Positions 1-10,194 of a stretch of DNA of 64,000 nucleotides are shown in pieces. The notes beneath the pieces were generated by a model. The model saw nothing but the letters and a program-made list of their open reading frames with translations. It searched no databases and was not told the origin of the DNA. A program made the translations under genes and the position numbers. Position 1 is the stretch's first letter; every line of letters starts with the position of its first letter. This DNA comes from Tagaea sp. (lineage in GTDB: Bacteria > Pseudomonadota > Alphaproteobacteria > CACIAM-22H2). The stretch lies in assembly GCA_965279525.1 (NCBI GenBank), contig CBDIIB010000005.1:512001-576000 (forward strand). The letters are read 5' to 3'.

Positions 1-3000
1 CATGCACTGCATGGGGGAGTTGATCGACCCGATCGCGTGGTGGCCGGGCTTGACGCACGGCTTCAGCAATCCGTGGCGCGCGCGCCCGACCGCATCCATC
101 ATCCGGTCCGAGCCGATGGCGATCATCCGGTCGGCGTCCTGCAGGCGAACGGCCTGCGCGCCCAGCGCACCGGTCGCATAGGCGTTCATCGCGGCCACGA
201 TGTTGCCCACGAACGTGCGGTCCTGCGGGCGCGTGGCCGGGAAACCGGGGGCCTCGTCGCAGCACCACACGACCACGTCGGCCGCCGCCTCGATCTGCTC
301 GATCTTGTAACGGTCCTGCACCTTCTTGTAGCCCGCGAAATAGACGACCTTCGACCCGGCCTTGCGCAGTGCCGCCCCGATCGAGAACAGCACGGCGTTG
401 CCGAGCCCGCCGCCGACCAGCGCCACCGTCTCGCCCGCCGGCGTTTCGGTCGGCCTGCCGGTGGGGCCCATCATCACGACCGGTTCGCCCGGCTTCAGCC
501 ACGCGCACAGGTCGGACGAGCCGCCCATTTCCAGCGCGATCGCCGCGATCAGGCCCTTGTCGGGATCGGTCCACGCTCCGGTCATCGCGAGGCCTTCCAT
601 CGCCAGAACCGTGCCGTCCACGCGGCGCGCATAGGCCTCGTAATTCTGCAGCCGGTAGAACTGGCCGGGCCTGAAACCGCGCGCGGCGCGCGGCGCCTTG
701 ACGACGATCTCGACGATGTTCGGCGTCAGGCGGTTGACCGCGTGCACCGTGGCACGAAGATCGGCATCGAGCGTGGCGCGCAGTTGCGTCCACGTCACTG
801 CCGATCGCGGCAGCGTTTCCATCGCGCGCGTGACGACCGGGTAACCCTGCTTGGCCGACCCCATCGCCTTCACGACGTTGCCGAAATACGAAGGATGCAG
901 GTCGCCGAAGAAGCTCGCCCGACCGGCTTCCGATCCGATGCCCATCAGTACGTGCGGGATCGTCGGCTTGGACGTCTGCTTTTCCGGCTCGACCGGATTG
1001 CCCTCGGCGTCGATCGCCGCGAAATACTTGCCGTGCAGCTTCACGCGGCCCGGCTCCTCGCGGGCGAGCACCGTGTTGGGCTGCGTGCCGGCCGCGACGA
1101 GGATCGCGCGCGCGGGCAGGATGCGTTCGTTGCCGTCGGCGTCCTTGACCTTCAGCGCCTTCGCAGCACCGAAAGCATCGACCTCGACCGCGACGGGCGT
1201 GAGCCCTTCGGCGAAGCGCACGCCTTCTTCCAGCGCCTTGGCGACTTCCTCGTGGTTGAGCGTATAGGACGGCGCGTCGACCAGCCGGCGACGATAGGCG
1301 ACGGTCGCCCCGCCCCAGCCATCCAGCAATTTCGCAAGATCGGGCGAACGCCCTTCGGCCTTCGCCTTCGCGCGCTCGGCGGCGATCGCACGCGCATGCG
1401 CGATGTATTCGGCAGCGATCTCGGTATCCTCCGGCGTCCAGCGCGCGCGCACGGCCACCTCGCCGCGCTCGGCGACCAGCGTGTCGTAGCGGTGCGCGAA
1501 CTTCTCGACCTGGCGGACGTAATAGGCGAGCGACTCCGTCGCCGTATCGATGGCCGTGAGGCCGCCGCCGATAACGACGACTGGCAGGCGGATCTGCAGG
1601 TTGGCGAGCGAATCCTTCTTGGCGGCCCCGGTAAGCTGCAGCGCCATCAGGAAGTCCGATGCCTGGCGCACGCCACGCGCAAGGCCGTTCGGCATGTCGA
1701 TGATGGTCGGCCGGCCGGCCCCCATGCACAGCGCCACGTGGTCGAAGCCCATCGCATAGGCCTCGTCGATCGTGATCGTGCCGCCGAAGCGCACGCCGCC
1801 ATACATGGCGAACTGCGCGCGCCGCTCCAGCAGCAGGCGGATGACTTTGAGGAAATTCTTGTCCCAGCGCACCGTGATGCCGTACTCGGCGACACCGCCA
1901 AAGCCGGCAAGCACGCGCTCGTCGAGATTCTCGAACAGGGCGGCACTGTCGCGCACCGGCTCGAACGGCACGCAAGCTCCGTCCGCGCCCACGCCGGAGA
2001 CCGACGGCGGCAGCGGCTCGATCTTCAGCCCGTCGATGCCTGCGACCGCGTGGCCGTCATTCATCAGGTGATGGGCAAGCGTGTAGCCGGCGGGGCCCAG
2101 ACCCACGACCAGCACCTTGCGGCCCGTGTCCGGGCGCGGCAGCGGCCGGCGGATGTTGAGCGGGTTCCAGCGCGTGAGCAGCGAATAGATCTCGAAGCCC
2201 CACGGCAAGGCGAGCACGTCCTTGAGGATGCGCGTCTCGGCCTGCGGGATGTCGACGGGTTCCTGCTTCTGGTAGATGCAGGCCTTCATGCAGTCGTTGC
2301 AGATGCGATGCCCGGTCGCCGCGACCATCGGGTTGTCGACCAGGATCGTCGCGAAGGCACCGAGCGCGAAGCCGTTGGCCTTCAGCGCGTGCATCTCGGA
2401 GATCTTCTCCTCGAGCGGGCAGCCCGCGAGATTGACGCCGAACACGGTCTTCTGGAAGGCACCCGTCTTCTTGTCCTTGAGGCCCTTCGAGCAGGAGTCC
2501 TTGCCCTGCACGTGGCACCAGATGCAGTAGTTCGTCTGGTCGAGGGCCTGCGGTAGATCCATGCCTTCGTCGGTGAGCGCGAAGCCCTCGCGGTGGCGCC
2601 AGTCGTGCTCGGGCAGGCGCTGCATGCGCACGCCATCGATCTCGATCGTCTCGAGCGGGATGTAGTTGAGCGGGTCGAGCTTGTGCGGCTGGCGGAACAG
2701 GATGCCCTTGCCGTGGCGCGCGCGCCCGGCTTCGGTGACGAGCGCCCAGCCGGCGTAATCCAGCGCCAGTGCCAGCGCCGGCGCGTTGGCCGCCTCGTCC
2801 TTCTCCCACGCCGTCACGGCTTCGGCGAACTTGAGCTCCGTCCAGCCGGCACCCAGCAGCGCGTCCATCGCCGACGGATCGAACGCGGCGAGCGCATCGG
2901 CCTTCGCCGCCTTGGCGGCACGCCGCTGCACGAACAGGCGCTTGACCGCATAGAGCGGGGAAAGTGCATGCGTGCGCTTGGCAAGGGCTTCGACCTCGCC

Positions 3001-3231
3001 CTCGACGCCGAACAGCTTGCCGACGAAATTGTCGACATGCGGCCCCAGATCGACGAGCAGGTTGCCCTCGTCCTTGGCGGCAAGCGCTTCGGGGTTCGCG
3101 CGCGCTTCCATCAGCCGGTCGTGGAGTGCGGCGTCGGCCGACTTCAGCGCGTCGGCGAACAGCCCGTCGATGCGTGCCAGCTTCGCGCGATCGTAGAGAT
3201 CGGCGAAGACGAGGCCGAATTCGAGATTCAT
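1..3231 (-). CDS. Large FAD/Fe-S oxidoreductase (GltD/NfnB-like N-terminal module fused to a ferredoxin-NADP reductase/NfnA-PyrK-like C-terminal module); 3' end runs off the window
   Basis: Missing from the ORF track because there is no stop in the window. Hand translation from ATG 3231 (MNLEFGLVFADLYDR...) gives YCIWCH..DSC, GCP, ICNDCMKAC, the FAD motif VVGLGPAG, then LMGPTG, VGGGLGNA, and INSPMQCM at the window edge. Start overlaps the MarR stop (ATGA). Confidence 0.85.
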   Translation of the reverse strand, partial: MNLEFGLVFADLYDRAKLARIDGLFADALKSADAALHDRLMEARANPEALAAKDEGNLLVDLGPHVDNFVGKLFGVEGEVEALAKRTHALSPLYAVKRLFVQRRAAKAAKADALAAFDPSAMDALLGAGWTELKFAEAVTAWEKDEAANAPALALALDYAGWALVTEAGRARHGKGILFRQPHKLDPLNYIPLETIEIDGVRMQRLPEHDWRHREGFALTDEGMDLPQALDQTNYCIWCHVQGKDSCSKGLKDKKTGAFQKTVFGVNLAGCPLEEKISEMHALKANGFALGAFATILVDNPMVAATGHRICNDCMKACIYQKQEPVDIPQAETRILKDVLALPWGFEIYSLLTRWNPLNIRRPLPRPDTGRKVLVVGLGPAGYTLAHHLMNDGHAVAGIDGLKIEPLPPSVSGVGADGACVPFEPVRDSAALFENLDERVLAGFGGVAEYGITVRWDKNFLKVIRLLLERRAQFAMYGGVRFGGTITIDEAYAMGFDHVALCMGAGRPTIIDMPNGLARGVRQASDFLMALQLTGAAKKDSLANLQIRLPVVVIGGGLTAIDTATESLAYYVRQVEKFAHRYDTLVAERGEVAVRARWTPEDTEIAAEYIAHARAIAAERAKAKAEGRSPDLAKLLDGWGGATVAYRRRLVDAPSYTLNHEEVAKALEEGVRFAEGLTPVAVEVDAFGAAKALKVKDADGNERILPARAILVAAGTQPNTVLAREEPGRVKLHGKYFAAIDAEGNPVEPEKQTSKPTIPHVLMGIGSEAGRASFFGDLHPSYFGNVVKAMGSAKQGYPVVTRAMETLPRSAVTWTQLRATLDADLRATVHAVNRLTPNIVEIVVKAPRAARGFRPGQFYRLQNYEAYARRVDGTVLAMEGLAMTGAWTDPDKGLIAAIALEMGGSSDLCAWLKPGEPVVMMGPTGRPTETPAGETVALVGGGLGNAVLFSIGAALRKAGSKVVYFAGYKKVQDRYKIEQIEAAADVVVWCCDEAPGFPATRPQDRTFVGNIVAAMNAYATGALGAQAVRLQDADRMIAIGSDRMMDAVGRARHGLLKPCVKPGHHAIGSINSPMQCM

Positions 3232-3704
3232 GTGAGGTCCGTGAGCTTGCGCAGGAGTTCGGTCATCGTGGCCCGTTCGTCCGGCGTCATCGGTTCGAGC
3301 ACGGCCTTGGACACGTGGTGGGCGCGGCGGATCGCCTCGCGCGTCAGCGTGCGCCCCGACGTACTCAGGCGCAGCAGCGTTGCACGCCGGTCGTTGGGGT
3401 CGGGGCGCCGGTCGATCAGGCCGCGCGCCATCAGTCGCTGGATCACGCCCTGGATCGTCGCGGGGTCCATCGCGGTCATGCGGCCGAGCAGGTTCTGCGA
3501 CACCTCGCCGCGCTCGCTGATCTTGGCGAGGGCGGCAAACTGCGTGGGCGTGAGGTCGAGATCGCCGACCTCCTTCTCGAACTGCGCAACGTGGCGCTGG
3601 TGCGCGCGGCGCAGCAGATGCCCGATCTGCGTTTCAAGAACGTATTCGCACTCGCCCGTCTTCGTCGCGGCCGGGATGGCGTCGAGTTTGGCGGCTGGCT
3701 GCAT
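3228..3704 (-). CDS. MarR family transcriptional regulator (NicR/BpsR-like)
   Basis: QIGHLLRRAHQRH...LTPTQFAAL...MDPATIQGVIQRL..RGLI.R.PDPNDRR winged-helix signature. ATG at 3704 chosen because it lies downstream of the predicted promoter. Confidence 0.88.
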   Translation of the reverse strand: MQPAAKLDAIPAATKTGECEYVLETQIGHLLRRAHQRHVAQFEKEVGDLDLTPTQFAALAKISERGEVSQNLLGRMTAMDPATIQGVIQRLMARGLIDRRPDPNDRRATLLRLSTSGRTLTREAIRRAHHVSKAVLEPMTPDERATMTELLRKLTDLT

Positions 3705-3723
3705 CGGCACTCCGGGGCAGTTC

Positions 3724-3764
3724 GTTCGTGTACATATGTGTCGTTGCCGGCCGCCGATTGTCAA
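3724..3764 (-). promoter_or_regulatory. Putative sigma70 promoter with an overlapping operator for marR-oxidoreductase
   Basis: Minus strand reads TTGACA (3764-3759), ~18 nt, then CACATATGTACACGAAC, an imperfect palindrome centred on TGTACA. Confidence 0.45.
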
Positions 3765-3817
3765 GATGGGTCCAAGCATCTGGCCCGGCCCGCGATTTCG
3801 GTCTATCTGCTCGTGTC

Positions 3818-4843
3818 GTGAATGACCTCACCCTTCCATCTGCCCGCCCGGTCGGGCTCTGGCTGCTCGCCTGCTGCGCGATGATCTTCGCGATGGTCGT
3901 CATCGGCGGCATCACGCGGCTGACGGAATCGGGCCTGTCGATCGTCGAATGGCGGCCGGTGACCGGCACGCTGCCGCCGCTCTCCGAATCCGACTGGCAG
4001 GCCGAGTTCGACAAGTACCGGCAGATCGACCAGTACCGCCTGATGAACCAGGGCATGAGCCTGGCGGAGTTCAAGCGCATCTTCTTCTGGGAGTGGTTCC
4101 ACCGCTTCTGGGGCCGCCTGATCGGTGTCGTGTTCTTCGTGCCGTTCGTCTGGTTTTTCTGGCGCGGCCAGGTGCGGGGTTCACTGGCAGGCAAGCTCTT
4201 CGCCCTTTTCTGTCTGGGCGGGCTGCAGGGCGCCATCGGCTGGTGGATGGTGGCAAGCGGCCTCGAGCGCGACATGCTGGCGGTCAGCCAGTACCGGCTC
4301 GCCGTGCATCTGACGCTCGCCCTTGCCCTGCATGTCGGGCTGCTGTGGATCGCCCTCGACCTGCTGCGCGGGCCGAAGCGATCGACGCCCGCACGCCGCT
4401 TCGGGCTTGGCGTGCTCGGTTTCGTTTTCCTGACGATCCTTGCCGGCGCTTTCGTCGCGGGACTGGATGCGGGCCTCGTCTCCGACACGTTTCCGCTGAT
4501 GGACGGCCGCCTCCTGCCCGCCGGCTACGGCGACATCGCGCCGTTCTGGCGCAACCTGTTCGAGAACCATGCGGCCGTTCAGTTCAACCATCGCTGGCTC
4601 GGCATTGCGGCCGCGTTGCTGGCCTGCATCTTCGCGTGGCGGTTCGGGCCAGATGCACGCGACCGGTTCGGGCGGCTGGCCCTGCTCGCCGTTCCGGCCG
4701 CCGCCCTCGCACAGGCGGCTCTCGGCATCGTCACGCTGCTTCTATGGGTGCCGATCCCGCTTGCTGCCGCCCATCAGGCGGGTGCCGTGATCCTGTTGAG
4801 TGCGGCCACGCTCGCGGCGCACGCGCTGGGGCGCGACACCTAG
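3818..4843 (+). CDS. ctaA: Heme A synthase (COX15/CtaA, type 2)
   Basis: GGITRLTESGLSIVEW, EWFHRFWGRLIG, QYRLAVHL and QFNHR motifs; multi-TM protein; GTG start. Confidence 0.93.
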   Translation: MNDLTLPSARPVGLWLLACCAMIFAMVVIGGITRLTESGLSIVEWRPVTGTLPPLSESDWQAEFDKYRQIDQYRLMNQGMSLAEFKRIFFWEWFHRFWGRLIGVVFFVPFVWFFWRGQVRGSLAGKLFALFCLGGLQGAIGWWMVASGLERDMLAVSQYRLAVHLTLALALHVGLLWIALDLLRGPKRSTPARRFGLGVLGFVFLTILAGAFVAGLDAGLVSDTFPLMDGRLLPAGYGDIAPFWRNLFENHAAVQFNHRWLGIAAALLACIFAWRFGPDARDRFGRLALLAVPAAALAQAALGIVTLLLWVPIPLAAAHQAGAVILLSAATLAAHALGRDT

Positions 4844-5625
4844 CGCCGCTGCGGCAGGACGAGGCTGAGCGCGAACACGCTGGCCGCCGCCACGACCACC
4901 GACGGGCCCGACGGCGTGTCGAATTCGACCGACGCGAGCAGGCCCGCGACCGAGGCAAACGCGCCGATCCCGGCCGCAATCGCGGCCATGCTTTCCGGGC
5001 TGCGCGCGAAGCGCCGCGCTGCGGCCGCCGGCATCACGAGCAGCGCGGTCACCAGCAACACGCCGACGATCTTCATCGCGACCGCGACGAGCACGGCCAG
5101 CAGCAGCACGAAGGCAAGGCGCATCGCGCCCACGTTGACGCCCTCGACCGCGGCAAGATCGGCATGCACCGTGACCGACAGCAAAGGTCGCCACAGGAAA
5201 GCCAGCAGGGCCAGCCCCGCGACCGCCCCGCCCCAGATCCACGCGAGGTCGGCGCGGCCGACCGCCAGGACGTCGCCGAACAGGTAGCCGATCAGGTCGA
5301 CGCGCACGTCCTCGACAAACGAGATCGCCACGAGACCGACCGACAGGGCAGTGAAGGCACAGATCGACAGCAGCGTGTCGGGGGCGAGCCGCGCGCGCGC
5401 CAGCATCGCGGTCAGCAGCATCGCGAAAATCACGCACAACGTGGCGATGGCGAGATTGACTTCGACATGCAAGAGGAACCCGAGTGCGACGCCCAGCAGC
5501 GCCGAGTGCGCCAGCGCGTCGCCGAAGAACGCCATGCGCCGCCAGACGACGAAGCTGCCCAAGGGCCCCGCGATGACGGCAAGCCCGACGCCGGCAAGGA
5601 CCGCGCGCCAGAAGAACTCATCCAT
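4840..5625 (-). CDS. znuB: Zinc ABC transporter permease
   Basis: [35 protein letters not shown] and DTPSGPSVV motifs. Confidence 0.93.
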   Translation of the reverse strand: MDEFFWRAVLAGVGLAVIAGPLGSFVVWRRMAFFGDALAHSALLGVALGFLLHVEVNLAIATLCVIFAMLLTAMLARARLAPDTLLSICAFTALSVGLVAISFVEDVRVDLIGYLFGDVLAVGRADLAWIWGGAVAGLALLAFLWRPLLSVTVHADLAAVEGVNVGAMRLAFVLLLAVLVAVAMKIVGVLLVTALLVMPAAAARRFARSPESMAAIAAGIGAFASVAGLLASVEFDTPSGPSVVVAAASVFALSLVLPQRR

Positions 5626-6400
5626 GCGTGTGCCCCGCATGGTCGTGATGGGAATGCCCGTGATGCGCATGGTCATGCGCGTCGTGCACGTGGTCGTGGC
5701 GGTGCTTGTAGAGGGCGAGCGATTCGCCCGCCCGCGCGCCGAACAGTTCGGCGAAGGCCGGGTCCTTGCCGATCGCTTCGGGCCGGCCCGAACAGCAGAC
5801 ATGCCCGTTGAGACAAAGCACGCGGTCCGAGCGCGCCATCACCAGATGCAGGTCGTGGCTGACCAGCAGCACGCCGCAGCGGTGCCGGTCGCGCACGTTG
5901 GCGACCAGATCGTAGAGCGCGTCCTGCCCGATCACGTCCACGCCCTGTGCCGGCTCGTCGAGCACGAGAAGCTGCGGCCGGCGCAGCAGCGCCCGCGCCA
6001 GAAGCACACGCTGGAACTCGCCGCCTGACAGGCCTTGCACGGGTGCGTCGATGCGCGCAGCCACGCCGACCTCGTCGAGGGCGGCTTCGATCTCGGCGCG
6101 CGAGAATCGTCCGGCCAGGCCGACGAAGCGCCCGACGCGCAGCGGCAGATTGTCGTCGACGGCGAATTTCTGCGGCATGTAGCCGACGACGAGGCCCGGC
6201 TGCCGTTCGACCGTGCCGGCATCGGCACCCGCAAGGCCGAGCAGCACGCGCAGCAACACGGTCTTGCCGGCGCCGTTGGGGCCGATCAGCGTGACGATCT
6301 CGCCGGGCGACACCGAGACGTCGACGCGGTCGAGAACCGTGCGGTCCTCGAAGCGCTTGACGATGCCGTGGCCGGCGATCAGGGGGGCCGATGCCGTCAC
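5618..6400 (-). CDS. znuC: Zinc ABC transporter ATP-binding protein with His-rich tail
   Basis: Walker [22 protein letters not shown], and a C-terminal His-rich tail. GTG start overlaps the zur stop. Confidence 0.92.
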   Translation of the reverse strand: MTASAPLIAGHGIVKRFEDRTVLDRVDVSVSPGEIVTLIGPNGAGKTVLLRVLLGLAGADAGTVERQPGLVVGYMPQKFAVDDNLPLRVGRFVGLAGRFSRAEIEAALDEVGVAARIDAPVQGLSGGEFQRVLLARALLRRPQLLVLDEPAQGVDVIGQDALYDLVANVRDRHRCGVLLVSHDLHLVMARSDRVLCLNGHVCCSGRPEAIGKDPAFAELFGARAGESLALYKHRHDHVHDAHDHAHHGHSHHDHAGHTHG

Positions 6401-6879
6401 GCCTGGCATCCGGCACAGGTTCCGGCGACCTCGACGGTGCGGGCCCCCACCTCGAAGCCGAGGCGGGCCGCACTCGCGTCGATCGCGGCAGCGATGCGCG
6501 GATCGTCGAGTTCGACCGCCGTGCCGCAGCGCCCGCAGATCAGGAACTGCGTGGCGTGCCGCTCGCCCGGATGCGTGCAGCCGATATAGGCGTTGAGGGA
6601 TTCCACACGGTGCACCAGCCCCTGCCCGAGCAGGAACTCGAGGGCCCGATAGACCGTCGGCGGGGCGGCCGAGCGCCCGTCCGCGCGAAGGGCATCGAGC
6701 AGCTGGTAGGCGCCGACCGGCTTGTGGCTCGCCCATACCAGCTCCAGCACGCGCTTGCGCAGCTCCGTCAGCTTCTCGCCGCCGGCAGCACACACGCGCT
6801 CGGCCGCCGCAAGGGCCGTGCCCACGCACGCCCCGTGGTCGTGTCCGGCATGGGGGGCTTTCGTCGCGCGTTTCGCCAT
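6397..6879 (-). CDS. zur: Zinc uptake regulator (Fur family)
   Basis: [17 protein letters not shown], CxxC...CxxC; located in a znu cluster. Confidence 0.92.
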   Translation of the reverse strand: MAKRATKAPHAGHDHGACVGTALAAAERVCAAGGEKLTELRKRVLELVWASHKPVGAYQLLDALRADGRSAAPPTVYRALEFLLGQGLVHRVESLNAYIGCTHPGERHATQFLICGRCGTAVELDDPRIAAAIDASAARLGFEVGARTVEVAGTCAGCQA

Positions 6880-6896
6880 CGTCTTGCTTTCGGATA

Positions 6897-6924
6897 GAAT
6901 GTTATACTATACGGTATATTATAG
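6897..6924. promoter_or_regulatory. Zur box in the divergent zur/znuA promoter
   Basis: AT-rich GAATGTTATACTATACGGTATATTATAG resembles the proteobacterial Zur consensus (ATGTTATA-N-TATAACAT). Confidence 0.7.
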
Positions 6925-6946
6925 CTCAGGAAGGAACCCGGCAACC

Positions 6947-7858
6947 ATGCGTTTTTCGAGGCTTCTCGCCCTTGCGATCCTGCTCGCGACCGCAGCCCCG
7001 GCCGACGCGGCCTTGCGCGTCGTGACGAGCTTCGCGCCCCTGCAGTCCGTCCTCGCCGGCGTGATGGAAGGCATCGGCACGCCGGAAACGCTGGTGAGAA
7101 GCGGCGCCTCGCCGCACACCTATGCGATGCGCCCGTCCGAGGCGCGCCTGCTCGAATTCGCGCAGATCGTCTTCTGGATCGGGCCGGAATACGAGACGTT
7201 CCTCGTGCGCCCGCTCGCCAGCCTCGCGGGCCGCTCGGTCAACGTGGCGTTGTCGCGCCTGCCCGGTGTGCTGAAGCTGCCCGCGCGCGGCGGCGGCGCC
7301 TGGGAAGTCGACGGACATGGCCATGGGCACGGCCCGAAGGCGAGCGACGGCCACATGTTCCTCGATCCGCGCAACATGATGCTGCTGGCACAGGCCGCCG
7401 CCAACGAACTCGCCCGTCTCGATCCGGCGAATGCGGCGCGCTATGCGGCCAACGCGACGAAGACGGTCGCGATGCTCGACGCCCTCGACCGCGAGCTTGC
7501 GGCGACCTTGCGCCCGCTCGCGGGCAAGCCGTTCGTCGTCTTCCACGACGCCTATCAGTATTTCGAGACGCGCTACGGTCTTGCACCGGCGGGTTCGATC
7601 ACCGTCAGCCCGGAACGAAAGCCCGGCGCCCAGCGCATCCAGCAGCTCCGGGAGCGCATCCGCCGCGCGGGCGCCATCTGCGTGTTCGCCGAGCCGCAGT
7701 TCGAGCCGTCGCTGGTGCGCACCGTGGTCGAGGCGACCGACGCGCGCACCGGCACGCTCGACTATGCCGGCAGCGGCGTGCCGCTCGGGCCGGACTTCTA
7801 TCCGACGGTCATGCGCGGGCTCGCGATTTCGCTGGCGGCGTGCCTGTCGCGTCCTTGA
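6947..7858 (+). CDS. znuA: Zinc ABC transporter substrate-binding protein
   Basis: Signal peptide, SPHTY, a short His loop, DGHMFLDP, VFHDAYQYFE. Confidence 0.92.
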   Translation: MRFSRLLALAILLATAAPADAALRVVTSFAPLQSVLAGVMEGIGTPETLVRSGASPHTYAMRPSEARLLEFAQIVFWIGPEYETFLVRPLASLAGRSVNVALSRLPGVLKLPARGGGAWEVDGHGHGHGPKASDGHMFLDPRNMMLLAQAAANELARLDPANAARYAANATKTVAMLDALDRELAATLRPLAGKPFVVFHDAYQYFETRYGLAPAGSITVSPERKPGAQRIQQLRERIRRAGAICVFAEPQFEPSLVRTVVEATDARTGTLDYAGSGVPLGPDFYPTVMRGLAISLAACLSRP

Positions 7859-8891
7859 GGGCGTGGGCGATCACCTTGCGCATCAAGGTGGGCAGCGCCA
7901 CGTCACCCAGCCGGTCGATCGCCACCCACTGTCCGCCTTCCACGTCCGCACGCCGGCCGCGCGCGGCCCACACGGTCAATTCCAGTTCGAAATGCGTGAA
8001 GCCGTGGCGCACGCGGCCAGGCAACACGCGCCAGGCGAGCGCCGCAGGTGCCGCTGCGCGCGCGATCTTTTCCGAGGGATCGGCCTTCGCCCATTCGCTC
8101 GACGGCACTTCCATCATGCCGCCCAGCAGGCCTTCGTCGGCGCGACGGCGCAGCCACACGGCCCCCGTGCGGTCGCTCAGCACATAGGCGATCGCGCGCC
8201 GCGTGGGCCGCTTGGCGCGCGGAAGCTTGACCGGATAGCGCTCCGCCTCGCCCGCCGCACGCGCCCGGCAGGCAAGCTTCCACGGGCAAAGCATGCAGCG
8301 CGGCTTGCGCGGGCTGCACACCGTGGCGCCCAGATCCATCGTCGCCTGCGCGAAATCGCCGGGCCGGTCGGCGGGCACGATCTCGGCAAGGACGGCGCGG
8401 ATCTCGGGCTTGGCCTTGGGCAGCGGGGTGGAAATCGCATGCAGGCGCGTGACGACGCGCTCGACATTGCCGTCGATCACCACGCTTGGCCGGCCGAACG
8501 CGATCGCCGCGATGGACGCGGCCGTGTAGGGGCCGATGCCCGGAAGCTCGAGCAGGCCATCTTCGGTGTCGGGAAAGATGCCGCCATGCGCGTCCGCGAC
8601 GGCCTGTGCGCAGGCGTGCAGGTTGCGCGCGCGCGCGTAGTAGCCAAGCCCGGCCCACGCATGCAGCACGTCTTCGCGCGGGGCCGCCGCCAGTGCCTCG
8701 ACCGTCGGCCAGCGCTTCACGAACGCGTCGAAATAGGGACCGACGGTGGCGACGGTCGTCTGCTGCAGCATGATCTCGGCAAGCCAGACGCGATAGGGAT
8801 CGGGCATCTCGCCGGCCGCCGCACGCCACGGCATCACGCGCCGGTGCCGGTCGTACCAGGCGAGCAAAGCTGCGGTCAGGGCCGTTGTCAT
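7809..8891 (-). CDS. mutY: A/G-specific adenine DNA glycosylase
   Basis: EIMLQQT, WAGLGYYARARNL, LPGIGPYTA HhH motif, and the CSPRKPRCMLCPWKLAC Fe-S motif. Confidence 0.95.
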   Translation of the reverse strand: MTTALTAALLAWYDRHRRVMPWRAAAGEMPDPYRVWLAEIMLQQTTVATVGPYFDAFVKRWPTVEALAAAPREDVLHAWAGLGYYARARNLHACAQAVADAHGGIFPDTEDGLLELPGIGPYTAASIAAIAFGRPSVVIDGNVERVVTRLHAISTPLPKAKPEIRAVLAEIVPADRPGDFAQATMDLGATVCSPRKPRCMLCPWKLACRARAAGEAERYPVKLPRAKRPTRRAIAYVLSDRTGAVWLRRRADEGLLGGMMEVPSSEWAKADPSEKIARAAAPAALAWRVLPGRVRHGFTHFELELTVWAARGRRADVEGGQWVAIDRLGDVALPTLMRKVIAHALKDATGTPPAKSRARA

Positions 8892-8938
8892 CGCCGGGAA
8901 ATTTGGAGTCGCATGGGCGGCAGTCTAGACTGACGGCC

Positions 8939-9430
8939 ATGGCGCTCAAGGCGATCGCGACACAGGTTCCCAAGCTGACGAAGGAAGCGCTGAAGCGGCG
9001 CGGGCCGGCCTTCGCCACCATCGTGGCGGAATGGGCCAACATCGTGGGGCCGGCCCTTGCCGGCTGCACGCTGCCCGAGAAGCTCGGCACGCCGCCGCGC
9101 CCGCCAAAGGGCGTGACGGCCCCACCGCAGGCCGGCGTGCTGACGCTGCGCGTTGCCGGCGGGGCGGCGATGGAGCTCCAGCACCTCGCCCCGCAGCTCG
9201 TCGAGCGGATCAATTCCTTCGCCGGATTCAAGGCGGTGGACCGGCTGCGCTTCGTGCAGGGGCCGATGCCGCTGGCCGGCGAACCGCCCGCAGCCCCGCC
9301 CCGGCCTTTGTCGGCGGCCGAGCGGTCCCGCATCGGCCAGGCGGTCGAGTCGCTGGCCGACGACGGATTGAAGGCAGCCCTGTTCCGGCTGGGCGAGGGA
9401 CTGACCCGGGGTCGCCGCGGAAAAGCCTAG
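8939..9430 (+). CDS. DUF721 / DciA-like replicative helicase loader
   Basis: W..IVG..LA...PEKL...L.LRV..G.AMELQH...L.ERIN.F.G...V.RLRF.Q; typical mutY-DUF721-dsbA-smc context. Confidence 0.8.
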   Translation: MALKAIATQVPKLTKEALKRRGPAFATIVAEWANIVGPALAGCTLPEKLGTPPRPPKGVTAPPQAGVLTLRVAGGAAMELQHLAPQLVERINSFAGFKAVDRLRFVQGPMPLAGEPPAAPPRPLSAAERSRIGQAVESLADDGLKAALFRLGEGLTRGRRGKA

Positions 9431-9531
9431 ATTCTCCGGTGGGATAGGCTGACTTATCCCCAATCGGGGGAATCGACCTTGAGGAGTCCGGTCCCGAGTC
9501 GGTACGATCACAACATCTTGTGGGTGGAACG

Positions 9532-10161
9532 ATGAACAAGCGGCACATCTCGACATTTTTCGCGGCTTTCGCGCTGATCGGCCTCGCCTTTTCGGCCGCA
9601 GCGCAAACACCCGTGCCCGCTCCGCGTGCCGAGGGCCTCGACATGGTCATGGGGGCGCCCGACGCCCCGATCACGATCATCGAGTACGCCTCGCTGACCT
9701 GCCCGCACTGCGCCAAGCTCCACATCGAGACGATGCCGCGCCTGAAGGCCGAATACATCGACACCGGCAGGCTCAAGCTCGTCTTCCGCGACTTCCCGCT
9801 CGACCGCATCGCGCTCAACGCCGCGATGCTGGCGCGCTGTGCTGGACCCGAGCGCTTCTTCACGTTCCTCGACGTGTTCTTCACCCAGCAGGCCAACTGG
9901 CTGCGCGGCACTTCGGCCGACCAGATCATGGCCAGCCTGCGCCGGCTCGCGCGCACCGGCGGCATGAGCGAGGCGGCGATGGATGCGTGCCTTGCCAACA
10001 CCGACATGCAGAACGCCGTGCTGTCGCAGTCGATGACGGGCGAGCGCGAGCACAAGGTCCAGTCCACGCCCACGCTGGTCATCAACGGCACCGTCCATCG
10101 CGGCGGCCAGACATTCGAAGAGCTCGACAAGATCCTGAAACCGCTCGCGGGCAACCGCTAG
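9532..10161 (+). CDS. DsbA family thiol-disulfide oxidoreductase
   Basis: Signal peptide, EYASLTCPHCA, RDFPLD, and the STPT cis-Pro loop. Confidence 0.88.
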   Translation: MNKRHISTFFAAFALIGLAFSAAAQTPVPAPRAEGLDMVMGAPDAPITIIEYASLTCPHCAKLHIETMPRLKAEYIDTGRLKLVFRDFPLDRIALNAAMLARCAGPERFFTFLDVFFTQQANWLRGTSADQIMASLRRLARTGGMSEAAMDACLANTDMQNAVLSQSMTGEREHKVQSTPTLVINGTVHRGGQTFEELDKILKPLAGNR

Positions 10162-10194
10162 CCTCAGGTCCAGTACCCAGGGAGTTTACGACCC

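Noticed and set aside
37-2556. 839-aa plus-strand ORF
   Set aside because: Antisense shadow of the real minus-strand oxidoreductase; it has no motifs, and such shadows are typical of high-GC codon bias.
5618-5710. His-rich low-complexity tract
   Set aside because: Ordinary C-terminal tail of alphaproteobacterial ZnuC.
9440-9465. TTATCCCCA DnaA-box-like 9-mer within a small hairpin after the DUF721 gene
   Set aside because: A single box with one mismatch and no cluster or AT-rich unwinding element; not enough to call oriC or DnaA regulation.
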